Shown here in pieces: positions 1 to 8,714 of a DNA stretch of 64,000 bases; position 1 is the first letter of the stretch; each line of letters starts with the position of its first letter. Below the pieces are notes generated by a model that was not told where the DNA came from, searched no databases, and was given only the letters and a program-made list of their open reading frames with translations. A program made the position numbers and the translations under genes. Source of the stretch: Candidatus Bathyarchaeia archaeon (GTDB lineage Archaea; Thermoproteota; Bathyarchaeia; Bathyarchaeales; Bathycorpusculaceae); contig JBEKBM010000008.1 in assembly GCA_050015395.1 (NCBI GenBank), positions 1 through 64,000 on the forward strand. The letters run 5' to 3'.

Positions 1-182
1 CAGACCGGAACTTGCCAACAGCATAGCAGCCTTCACTTACTAAACGCCTAAAAACAGCTCTATTCGCGAAATTAAGCCAAAAAAGAATTAATGACCACTT
101 ATGCGCGCTAAAGTAACCCTTTTCCGTGCGATCTCCTGAGCAGTGCTTTCTGCATTCTACTCTTGTCTCGGTGATATTATCT

Positions 183-665
183 TTACTTATTCAGATACTG
201 AGCCCATCCTAAGTGAGGAGGGCAAACATCTATCTGCCATAATAAAGCAATAAGCTCTCCTCTATGATGTGTCTCTTCCTGGAAGAAATCGATCAAAATA
301 TCCTCCACGGTTACCATGATAGTGGTTCCATCTCTCATCTTTCTCTCGATCTTCCTTGAAAGTTCTTCTGGGGTAACCTTGCTCAAATATGCGTTGGCCT
401 TAGATTCCACTTTTTCTAAGTACTCGTTGATTTTCTCAATATTATCATAATCATCAAAGTTTATTCTTGGATAATTGGTGTCACCTTGCGCAAGGTGGTT
501 TACATAGAAATCCAACACAGAGACGCAATGTAAGTAAATATCTCTAAGAGAGTTAAAACTGGCACCTCTATCCTTTACAACTTCCTCCCAAGGGAGCTTA
601 CCCAGAGTCTCCAAGTACCTATGTCGCAAATATTGACTGTACTCTAACAGTCTTACTGCTTCCAT
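183..665 (-). CDS. DinB/YfiT family metal-binding protein
   Basis: 160 aa; SLRDIYLH near the N-terminus and EETHHRGEL near the C-terminus are typical DinB helical-bundle motifs. Confidence 0.8.
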   Translation of the reverse strand: MEAVRLLEYSQYLRHRYLETLGKLPWEEVVKDRGASFNSLRDIYLHCVSVLDFYVNHLAQGDTNYPRINFDDYDNIEKINEYLEKVESKANAYLSKVTPEELSRKIERKMRDGTTIMVTVEDILIDFFQEETHHRGELIALLWQIDVCPPHLGWAQYLNK

Positions 666-1086
666 CTTTTTTCACCAATAAGAATATTTCGCCAAGCAGA
701 AATAAAGGTAACCTTTTAGAAGCTGTTGAAGCTAAACATTTCTTCAACTGGTTTCGTCTTTCGTTGTTTTGGCTGTTCGGCAGGATACCTACTCGGGGAT
801 ATGGATGACTAAGGTTTTTGCTGTTGTTCCAACCTCCAACAATCATCTGAGCCCGGGTATAGCAGTAGCAACAATCGTGATCGCAACCGCTACCATAAAC
901 ATCCAGACGAAGTGGATAAGAACAACGCTATGCTTCTTTTGTTTGGAGCTTAAGGGCAGATCCGTATAATAAGTAAGTAATGCTGATCCCGTCTATTATT
1001 GATTCAGCTGTGCTTATACGATTTTTCCATAACTATCACGCTAACCAAACCAAGATAGCGAAATTGTGTCCCAAATCTTTTTTTAG

Positions 1087-1599
1087 TTACCAATGTTCGT
1101 ATTTAACGATTTCATTTAGCGATAGACGTTTCTTGTTTGCCACTGACGAGTCGTATGGATAACCCAATGGCAGGAGAGCCACCACCCGAATCTCCGCAGG
1201 AATATCCAGAATTTGCTTTACTTCGTTTTCGTCAAATGCTCCAATCCAGCATGTTCCCAAGCCCAACTCCACCGCAGCCAACGTTATGTGATCGAGTGCA
1301 ATTGCTACGTCTATTGGATAACACGCTTGTCCACATCTCATAACATATTTGTCTGTCTCAGCACAAGCAACGATCACGATAGAAGCTTCTCCAACAAAGC
1401 TTTGATTGTTTGCTGCCTCTGCAAGTTTTCTCTTTTTCTCGTAATCTCTAACAATGACGAACCTCCACTCTTGACGGTTTGAAGCAGAAGGGGCAAGTCT
1501 CCCAGCGTCTAAAATCGCCAATAACTTATCCTTTTCAAGCGTCTTTTCAAGATATTTTCGCACACTTTTCCTTGTTCTTATAGCATCTAAAACATCCAT
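1087..1599 (-). CDS. Nitroreductase family flavoprotein
   Basis: IRTRKSVRKY, APSASNRQEW and LGLGTCWIG motifs. Confidence 0.93.
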   Translation of the reverse strand: MDVLDAIRTRKSVRKYLEKTLEKDKLLAILDAGRLAPSASNRQEWRFVIVRDYEKKRKLAEAANNQSFVGEASIVIVACAETDKYVMRCGQACYPIDVAIALDHITLAAVELGLGTCWIGAFDENEVKQILDIPAEIRVVALLPLGYPYDSSVANKKRLSLNEIVKYEHW

Positions 1600-1794
1600 G
1601 CCTAAACCCCCAAAGTATTTCTCATCTTTAACTTTCAGATTCTTAGATTAAAGGCTTTGTTGAGTGTTCAGATTAAGCAGGTACATTAACATCTTTCAGG
1701 GTAGAGCTAAAAGAAGCGTTTTGGCTAAGCATTACACGCCTCAAGGCCTCAAGATGCTTAGAGAAATCTGCGATAAAGCTGCATTGAAAATATT

Positions 1795-2072
1795 TTAATT
1801 CCAAGTTTGCTGCAGGCAAGCTCTAAGTGTAAAAAATGTTGCGCGAACAAGCAGAACCGCATCAACCGCAATCCCAATCGTTCCGTAAGCAACGCCCTTT
1901 TGGATAACAACTAGATCACCATCCGAGGAAACCGCCGTGACATTTCCAATTACGTCATGCGGAACACTTGACGTAAAACAGATTGAGCCATTCGCAGCCT
2001 TTGCCATACACAATCCATTATCCATGTGATACAGCATGCTGTTGCCACAACTGTCTTAATCTTGTGCTTCAT
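1795..2072 (-). pseudogene. Possible frameshifted small secreted or membrane protein
   Basis: A signal-like start MKHKIKTVVATACCITW (ATG at 2072, TATA at ~2097-2104) lies in one frame; the 80-aa ORF with a hydrophobic C-terminus continues in another. Confidence 0.25.
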
Positions 2073-2216
2073 CAACCTGCGTTCCCACTAATACTCTTTA
2101 TATACTCTTTATTGGCGGTCTCTCTTTATAAATTGGCTTACCTTAACAATCGTCTTTTTTTCCGTAGCAAGCTTAGTGTCTTGCTGTCGGTTCTCTAACC
2201 GCGCTATGTATCGTCT

Positions 2217-2669
2217 TCAGCGGCTAACGTCTATTTCCTCTTCTGTTGGAACGGTGTTTTGGCTACGGTCAGAGTCACTCGTCTTATCAGCGCGGCCAAG
2301 ATACTGCCAAACTTGTTTTCCGTTCACTCTCGTAACTTTGTAGAGGTAAGGACCGTGTGGGCAGCCGTTACAGTTTTTTCCGCAGGACACAAGCTTAGAT
2401 ACTATCGAACCTTTAGTTTTAATCCCAGTGTTCTCAATTTGGTTCTTGCTTCTCTGCAGAGAGCTAACGTTAAGGCCCTCATGGAGAGCATCACTTAAAT
2501 CGTCAATGTCAACCAGCGCCTTCTTTGTTTCCTCAACGAACTCAAGATTCCGCTCGTAGATTTCTAATGCGTACTTGGCGCCTTGACGTTTATCCTTACA
2601 TGTGTGATAAGCCGTCAGCATAGCATCGTAAACGTCTTTAGCCATCTTACCTAACACAGCCATGAACAA
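2217..2669 (-). CDS. Mobile-element-associated Zn-finger protein (DUF6788-like)
   Basis: C-terminal CGKNCNGCPHGPYLYKVTRVNGKQVWQYLG motif; lies downstream of the integrase. Confidence 0.6.
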   Translation of the reverse strand: MFMAVLGKMAKDVYDAMLTAYHTCKDKRQGAKYALEIYERNLEFVEETKKALVDIDDLSDALHEGLNVSSLQRSKNQIENTGIKTKGSIVSKLVSCGKNCNGCPHGPYLYKVTRVNGKQVWQYLGRADKTSDSDRSQNTVPTEEEIDVSR

Positions 2670-2951
2670 CCTCTCCTAACTGTTAGATAAGAAACTGACA
2701 CATTGAAACTCAAAAAAGGAGGAAAGGTTACGGTTGACCTCAACCCAACGGACGGAAATACCTCACCTTGGCCACGCCTTTTCATAGATAATACTTCACG
2801 CGTTAAAGTTATCCCCAAAAAATTTTGTTAGACTTTCAGCGCGGTCTCGCGGTTAAAAAAAAGTTAAAAAAGTCGCTCTCTTTTGGCGATTGTTTAAGCA
2901 TAATGGCCCACGCTGATACAACAGAAAAATATCAGGGTTGAGGCAGTTAAG

Positions 2952-4241
2952 TTAGAGTTTCATTAAAAATTTGTCGTCATCTAAGTATTGAACTAAACTG
3001 TAGCCGTCCTCAAGTTTCTTGAGTAATTCAGCATCGCCTTTTACGATGATGTTTTTCGGCTGCTTTTGTTTGTTCCCAATAAGTTGGGCGTGTTCTTCCC
3101 CTAATTTGCGAAACTCTCTAATTCCCTCATCGATGTCTTTGCTTCTGGCTAATGCATCTTCCAGTTTCTTCAGCTGTTCGGGTTCATAGCCTTGCAGTTT
3201 CGCAAAGTCTAACATCATTTGGCTTCTGAGTTTCTTCTCTTCTGCAGATTGGCTGTAGATTGTTAGGTGTTGGACAGTTTTCCGATATTCAGCTAAATGT
3301 AAGGGTTCTTCAGCCTTAAAGTAAGACATGTCCAGGTATAGACCTTTGTGGCCCATCCATCGCTCCCGGTAAGAAGCATCGATGCCTATGCAGTTTGAGC
3401 GGAAATACTTTCTTAAAGTGTGGACATGCAGGACGTAAAAGTAGTTTGTTTTCTGGTTTAATCCTGCCTTCTTTAGCAGTCGAGCCCAAACCTTTTCGAA
3501 TGCTGCTATGCCAATAAATGTGCCTTTGTAGGTGTAGTCAGTTACTAAGGGGCTTTCAGGGGTTATGGTCTCTCCAGCGTTTTTCCTCTCCGCTATGTAT
3601 TCCTGCAGGGCTGTCTTTGCTTCAGGTGTTATGAAGGTGCAGAAAAAGCGTCCGGTTGCTCTGCCTCTGTTTGAGAATTTACGCCCACGTTTCCGTTCAA
3701 CGGTTAGCCTCGCCACGTCTGGATAATTAAAGTCAACATCTCCAATTTTCAAGCTTAGAAATGTGCCAATCCTTAAACCGCTGCTGCTGTCGCCAAAAAT
3801 AACGAAGCGGTCGCGTGCGCTCGAAGCGTGGCTAAGAAGTTTCTTTAGTTCCTCTTTTGTTGGCGCCCGATCTTCCTCGGTTGTCTCGGTTGCTGTTGGC
3901 AACTCGATCTTTGCCCAATTAACCTTAACACCGTTAAGGTCAACCCACTTCTTAATCCCGAAAACGTAAAGTCGCACTGACGTGTGGCTTCTTCCCAACT
4001 TGTCTAAAGCGTAGTCGATGAAAAAATCAATTTTTGCTCCAGCGTCCACTTTACCCTCAAGCATGGCTGTAAGCGCTGTTTCTGGATCAGAAAAGCCCAG
4101 GTACTTCGTGAATTTTGCTATGCCGTTGATATAGTTAGAAACTGTTTTCTCGCTGCCCATTCTTCTTGAGCCGGTTATGGCATCATAGATTTTTTTGACG
4201 CTGGGATAATTCTCTACGTATTCTCTTGCGAATTTTCGCAT
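2952..4241 (-). CDS. Tyrosine recombinase / site-specific integrase
   Basis: Catalytic set SGLRIG (R), HTLRKYF (HxxR), MGH and LDMSY (Y); N-terminal SAM-like domain. Confidence 0.93.
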   Translation of the reverse strand: MRKFAREYVENYPSVKKIYDAITGSRRMGSEKTVSNYINGIAKFTKYLGFSDPETALTAMLEGKVDAGAKIDFFIDYALDKLGRSHTSVRLYVFGIKKWVDLNGVKVNWAKIELPTATETTEEDRAPTKEELKKLLSHASSARDRFVIFGDSSSGLRIGTFLSLKIGDVDFNYPDVARLTVERKRGRKFSNRGRATGRFFCTFITPEAKTALQEYIAERKNAGETITPESPLVTDYTYKGTFIGIAAFEKVWARLLKKAGLNQKTNYFYVLHVHTLRKYFRSNCIGIDASYRERWMGHKGLYLDMSYFKAEEPLHLAEYRKTVQHLTIYSQSAEEKKLRSQMMLDFAKLQGYEPEQLKKLEDALARSKDIDEGIREFRKLGEEHAQLIGNKQKQPKNIIVKGDAELLKKLEDGYSLVQYLDDDKFLMKL

Positions 4242-4287
4242 AATTGTTACCTAAAGGTACATGAGGAAAAGAAGTATATATAATTAT

Positions 4288-4305
4288 GCACCCGCTAAAG
4301 GGTGC
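4288..4305 (-). terminator. Hairpin immediately after the rpl12 stop codon
   Basis: GCACCC-GCTAAA-GGGTGC perfect 6-bp stem between the rpl12 stop and the integrase TATA box. Confidence 0.35.
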
Positions 4306-4306
4306 T

Positions 4307-4630
4307 TTACCCGAATAGGGCGCCTAATCCTTCTAGAGCTGCATCTTCTTTGGCTTTTTCCTCTTCAGCTTTCTTCTTCTTGTCTTCTACTGGTGCTGCT
4401 TTCTGTTCTGCTGGCGCGCCACCTGCTGGAGCTACTGGAGCGGCAGCCATCATTGCTGGTGCGGCTTTAATTGCTTCGTCAATGTTTACTTCGCTGAGGG
4501 ATGCTACTAGTGCTTTTACTTGTATCGGGTCAACTGTGATTCCTGCTGCTTTGAGAACATTGGTTACTGAATCTTCATCTATTTCTTTTCCTGCCTTGTG
4601 AAGGAGCATCGCTGCGTAAATATTTTCCAT
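4307..4630 (-). CDS. rpl12: 50S ribosomal stalk protein P1/L12
   Basis: [12 protein letters not shown]-terminus, Ala-rich hinge, EGLGALFG C-terminus. Confidence 0.97.
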   Translation of the reverse strand: MENIYAAMLLHKAGKEIDEDSVTNVLKAAGITVDPIQVKALVASLSEVNIDEAIKAAPAMMAAAPVAPAGGAPAEQKAAPVEDKKKKAEEEKAKEDAALEGLGALFG

Positions 4631-4906
4631 ACTTTTTCACCTCTTCATCGGACTACTTTAACCTTTTCAGTTGGTCAGACCCGCCTCGTTTGAAGAAGCT
4701 GGTCGTTACCTTGAATTGGCAGTTGGTTCTGCCGTTTTCTTGCCGTTTAGAGAATACCCAATACCTTAAGAACCTTTCGTACATGCACTTAAGGTAGGTA
4801 GTTACAACCTTTTGGTTTCCTGCGATGTTTCCAAAAAACTGTAATGTTTCATAACGCTTATCTTTAAGGCGAGGCACACTACGGTGATTTACAGGTTAAT
4901 GATACT

Positions 4907-5878
4907 ATGGGAAATATTACGGTCGCCATTCTCGGCGCTTTAGACTACGGCAACAGCCTTGGCAAAAAAGGTACATCCACAGACATAACCTTCTACAACA
5001 TAAAAAAAGGCGAAGCCACAGTAACCTTAATCGAACCCACACGGTACCCAGAAAGGCTAGCGCCACTGTTCTACGCTGTCTCTCTATCGAAAAAGGCAAT
5101 AGTCGTCGTGGATGAGATAAATGCTGCTTTCGGCGAATGCCTAGTAATGCTTCAATGCGCAGACATCAAAAGCGGCTACATAATCCTGAGAAACTATATT
5201 CCCAAAGAAAAAATCGAGCCACTCATAAAAGGAACAAACCTAGAAAAATTTGAATACATAGCAGATGACCCAACGTTTCTAAGAGAACAGCTCTTAGCAG
5301 AAGCAGCAAAACAAAAATCCCCCGAAACCCCAGTTGGACAACAGTCAATTGGAATAGTGCCGGTGGATCATGCGTTTAACGTTAAAGGAGTAGGCGTCGT
5401 CATACTAGGGGTAGTTACAAGCGGAATCGTTCAGAAGCACACGATGCTCAACGTTCTTCCAGGTGGAAAAACAGCGCAAGTGCGCTCTATCCAAAAGCAC
5501 GATGACGAATTTGATGTAGCTGGTGAAGGCGACCGTGTTGGGCTTGCGTTAAAAAACGTTGAAGTAGAAGATTTAGACCGCGGTGCGGTTTTAACGAATG
5601 ACCCCTCAGTTAAGACGTCTTCCAAGTTGGAAACACATGCTTCTCTGGTTAAGTATTGGCAGACGCCTATAAAGCAAGGCATGGTTATGCATGTTGGCCA
5701 CTGGACACAGTTCATAACCGCCAAAGTGGATGCTGTTGCGGAGACTGGTGACCCTAAAAAGCCAACTTTAACTTTAAGCCTCGATAAGCCGCTTGTCTAC
5801 CGCCCAAACGATAAAGCGGTGCTGATGTATTTGGAGGGCGCAAAACTGCGAGTAGCAGGAACTGTAGAGTTACCTTAA
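4907..5878 (+). CDS. SelB/EF-Tu-like translation factor with degenerate G domain
   Basis: VDHAFNVKGVG and GDRVGLALK (EF-Tu domain II); P-loop degenerate (LGKKGTSTDIT). Confidence 0.8.
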   Translation: MGNITVAILGALDYGNSLGKKGTSTDITFYNIKKGEATVTLIEPTRYPERLAPLFYAVSLSKKAIVVVDEINAAFGECLVMLQCADIKSGYIILRNYIPKEKIEPLIKGTNLEKFEYIADDPTFLREQLLAEAAKQKSPETPVGQQSIGIVPVDHAFNVKGVGVVILGVVTSGIVQKHTMLNVLPGGKTAQVRSIQKHDDEFDVAGEGDRVGLALKNVEVEDLDRGAVLTNDPSVKTSSKLETHASLVKYWQTPIKQGMVMHVGHWTQFITAKVDAVAETGDPKKPTLTLSLDKPLVYRPNDKAVLMYLEGAKLRVAGTVELP

Positions 5879-6002
5879 CTAAGCGTTTAGTAGCGTTTAA
5901 TCGCGATGGAAAACGAAGCTAAATTATTTTTTTTAGTTCTCTTTAGGGTTTGTTTTTAAGTTGTTTGTGTTGAATAGGGATTGTTTTGGGTTTGTTTTAC
6001 AT

Positions 6003-6056
6003 GTCACGCATGTACATAGTTACTAGTCACGCATGTTCATGGTTATACGTCACGCA
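6003..6056. repeat. 23-bp-period tandem repeat (2 full copies plus 1 partial)
   Basis: GTCACGCATGTACATAGTTA at 6003, GTCACGCATGTTCATGGTTA at 6026, GTCACGCA at 6049. Confidence 0.8.
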
Positions 6057-6330
6057 ACAAAGTGGGGTTTTGTCCATATTTTTGCAGGCTGCCCTGCTCC
6101 AGATATGAGTGTTTGGATGTAACCCCCGCGCATTTTCGAATTAAGCTTGGGCTAACTCATTTGATACGAGACCCAACTAAAACATAAACATTAATAATTT
6201 CGGGGCAAACCAGTGCGCTAGCAGTAATCATTCTTGGTTTAACTACGCTCCAAGAAGTTAGTCCTGAATCGCATCTGAGTAGCTTTTAAAAGATAGAATA
6301 ATGCCATATCATACAAATAGAGTGAGAGAC

Positions 6331-6642
6331 TTGCCGAGCGTTGTAAAAGTTGACATGGGAGATTTGGACGGCGAGAAAGAGAACCTCGCAAATTTCTTGC
6401 GTAGCCAATTCGGATTAAATTCATCAATAATTCGTGAAGGCTTGGAACTAAATATGGAAGATGTTTCGACTTATGCATTGGCAAGAGGGGTGAACAAGTT
6501 TGTTTATCGCAAGAATCTAAACAGCACACATTGGGTTACTGTGGAAAATAACGTGGTCAAAATCAACAGGTTCAAGCACCAAAATAAAGCTAAGAAAAAC
6601 AAGCACCCAACCACCCCATCAACGATCAAACATGGGTGGTAA
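6331..6642 (+). CDS. Small basic protein, possibly an eL22-like ribosomal protein paralogue
   Basis: VNKFVYRKNLNSTHWV segment resembles the eL22 C-terminal half; probable TTG start at 6331 (the ORF extends to 6301). Confidence 0.45.
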   Translation: MPSVVKVDMGDLDGEKENLANFLRSQFGLNSSIIREGLELNMEDVSTYALARGVNKFVYRKNLNSTHWVTVENNVVKINRFKHQNKAKKNKHPTTPSTIKHGW

Positions 6643-6823
6643 CAAAAAAGACAGCTAAATGTTTCCTAAATTTTTGGAAAGGATTGTTAAGTTCCAGATC
6701 AATATTTCATTTTTAAGGGGGTTTTATTCTTATTTTGCATATACAAGTAGGACAAGGCAAGAAATACGATACTTAAGAAAAAACCATATATCCCAAAGCA
6801 ATCCATCAACCACGAGTGAACTG

Positions 6824-7957
6824 ATGTATAGAACTGGCGTTGCAAACCTGCCGCTTCACGGTGGAAAAGCACCCTCGTGGCTTACAGTACGCATGCGTAA
6901 GTTAGCCAAGGAAATAGCAGACATCATGATTGAGGAGCAGGGCACAGCCACATTTATCCAACGCTTATCTGACCCGTACTGGTTTCAAGCGTTCGGCTGC
7001 GTTTTAGCCTACGACTGGCACAGCTCCGGAGTAACCACCGTAGTCACAGGCATCCTCAAAGGCGCCTTGTCGCCGGAAGAGCACGGCATCGCTGTTTGCG
7101 GAGGAAAAGGCAAAACCTCAAAGAAAACGCCAAGCGACATCGCTTTGGCTGGCGAAAAATTTGGTTTTTCCGAAGAAACTATCAAAACGCTCACTTACAA
7201 TAGCAAAATGGCTGCAAAAGTAGACAACACCGCAATCCAGGCGGGATATCAGCTCTATCACCACGCATTCTTAATAACTAAAGATGAGAAGTGGGCGGTA
7301 ATCCAGCAGGGCATGAGCGCGGAAGACCGCACTGCAAGACGTTACCATTGGCTATCCGATAATGTAACTGACTTTGTTGTTGAACCCCACAATGCTATTG
7401 TCGGCAACGTAAAACGGGAAAGAGCCTTGAACATGGTGGCGAAAGATAGCGAAGCCGCTAGGAAAGCCTCTGTCGATTTGGCAAAGGAACCCACCCGCAA
7501 ACTCATGAACCTTATCCAGTCCACAGCAAAACCGCTCAACCAGAAGTCGCTGCAAGATTGGCTACCTAAAACAGATGACCCATGGCAGCAAACCCTAAAC
7601 AGCCTCAACATGCCCCGCAACATAAACTGGGACACGCTAAGCCGAGTCTACGAGTTCCAACCCAACAATTATGAGGAACTCTTAAGCGTAAAAGGCGTTG
7701 GACCCGCCACTGTACGCGGTTTAGCTCTGGTAGCCGAGTTGGTTTATGGTGAGAAGCCAAGTTGGGAAGACCCTGTGAAATTCAGTTTTGCATATGGCGG
7801 CAAAGACGGCATTCCGTTCCCAGTTGACCGCAAAGCAATGGACGAGTCAATCCAAATCCTCAAACAGTCAGTGCAATCAGCGAAAATTGGTGACAAAGAA
7901 AAACTGCACTCACTGCAAAGGCTGAGAAGGTTTGTTCCAGAGAACGCAAATTCCTAA
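6824..7957 (+). CDS. DUF763 family protein
   Basis: LPLHGGKAP, DWHSSGVTT, GVGPAT (HhH) and FAYGGKDG motifs; ATG at 6824 preferred over 6659. Confidence 0.9.
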   Translation: MYRTGVANLPLHGGKAPSWLTVRMRKLAKEIADIMIEEQGTATFIQRLSDPYWFQAFGCVLAYDWHSSGVTTVVTGILKGALSPEEHGIAVCGGKGKTSKKTPSDIALAGEKFGFSEETIKTLTYNSKMAAKVDNTAIQAGYQLYHHAFLITKDEKWAVIQQGMSAEDRTARRYHWLSDNVTDFVVEPHNAIVGNVKRERALNMVAKDSEAARKASVDLAKEPTRKLMNLIQSTAKPLNQKSLQDWLPKTDDPWQQTLNSLNMPRNINWDTLSRVYEFQPNNYEELLSVKGVGPATVRGLALVAELVYGEKPSWEDPVKFSFAYGGKDGIPFPVDRKAMDESIQILKQSVQSAKIGDKEKLHSLQRLRRFVPENANS

Positions 7958-8376
7958 AGCAAGTCTTGCTAGAACCCGTGGGTTTGCAGGTGCTTTTTGC
8001 TAAAAGTGGTTGGTGGTTTTGCTTAAAGTTAACTTTTGGATTTAGGTCTTTTATTGCTGTTGGTTTTGAAGGGGCTGCTTTAATGTCTGTGTGCTCTCAT
8101 GCTACCTACCGGTCAAGTATATACGTTTTGACGGTACACTTTGTCGGTACAGTCACATGTGCTTAAAGCGTTTAGGCCAAGTGCGAGGTGTTGTAAAAGT
8201 TATTGTTTTTAGCTATTGAAGGAGTCTGCTATGTTGCTGATGGGCTCTTGGGTAAATACTTTGCATTATCGTGTGGCAGGTTTCATTCCTGACGCAAACT
8301 CTTAAGGCAAGCGTTTTCTGAAAAACGAATAATTTTTATTGTTGCAGGTTCACTTAATTGCCTCAAGCCTAGAAGT

Positions 8377-8601
8377 GGGGTCGTAGTCTAGACAGGTATG
8401 ACACTGAGAAGACGAAACTCGCCTAAAATGAGTTATAGCCCTTCTCGGCATAAGGACGGGCTCCAGAAGCAAGCAACGGGTTTGCTGACCTCGCCCAGAG
8501 GAATGACGAAGTTCTGGAGCGTGTCTAGAGAAACCCGTAAGAAACGGCTTCGCGCTGTTTCTGGGTAAAGGTCGTCGGTTCAAATCCGGCCGGCCCCACC
8601 A
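8377..8601 (+). tRNA. trnW: tRNA-Trp(CCA) with three introns (25/26: 8403-8454; 37/38: 8467-8532; 43/44: 8539-8568)
   Basis: Acceptor GGGGTCG/CGGCCCC-A-CCA, anticodon arm ACGGG-CTCCAGA-CCCGT, T arm GTCGG-TTCAAAT-CCGGC. Removing three BHB-bounded inserts gives a normal cloverleaf with variable loop AGGTC. Confidence 0.92.
8467..8532 (+). ncRNA. tRNA-Trp intron-encoded box C/D guide RNA
   Basis: D' box CTGA, CCTC/GAGG stem, C' box ATGACGA. Guides ACGGGTTT and TTCTGGAGC are complementary to the pre-tRNA around C39 and C34. Confidence 0.75.
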
Positions 8602-8714
8602 AAATTTATTTTTCGATGGACTCATTGGGAGGGAGTTTACTTTATATTTTTGTTAAGGTGCTAAGCTGACTTAGCAGTGAGAAATTGACCGATTTATAAA
8701 AAGGTACAAGCGCT

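Larger units (their letters stand above)
2217..4305 (-). mobile_element. Remnant or minimal integrative element abutting the rpl12 3' end
   Basis: Integrase plus Zn-finger gene; no att duplication identified, so the boundaries are uncertain. Confidence 0.45.

Noticed and set aside
99-113. TTATGCGCGCTAAAG resembling 4284-4300 as a possible att partner of the integrase element
   Set aside because: Short, gapped match that is compatible with chance.
670-1080. Short ORFs on both strands, including a hydrophobic minus-strand stretch
   Set aside because: Interrupted by stops with no recognisable family; at most a decayed gene.
2041-2052. GTTGCCACAACT shared with ~39230
   Set aside because: Single 12-mer with no extension.
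4907-5878. SelB-like factor as evidence for selenocysteine use
   Set aside because: G domain is degenerate, and no tRNA-Sec, SECIS or convincing in-frame TGA was seen.
6003-6056. Possible mini-CRISPR
   Set aside because: No spacers between the units and no cas genes.
8350-8625. 91-aa minus-strand ORF
   Set aside because: Antisense shadow of the intron-containing tRNA-Trp.
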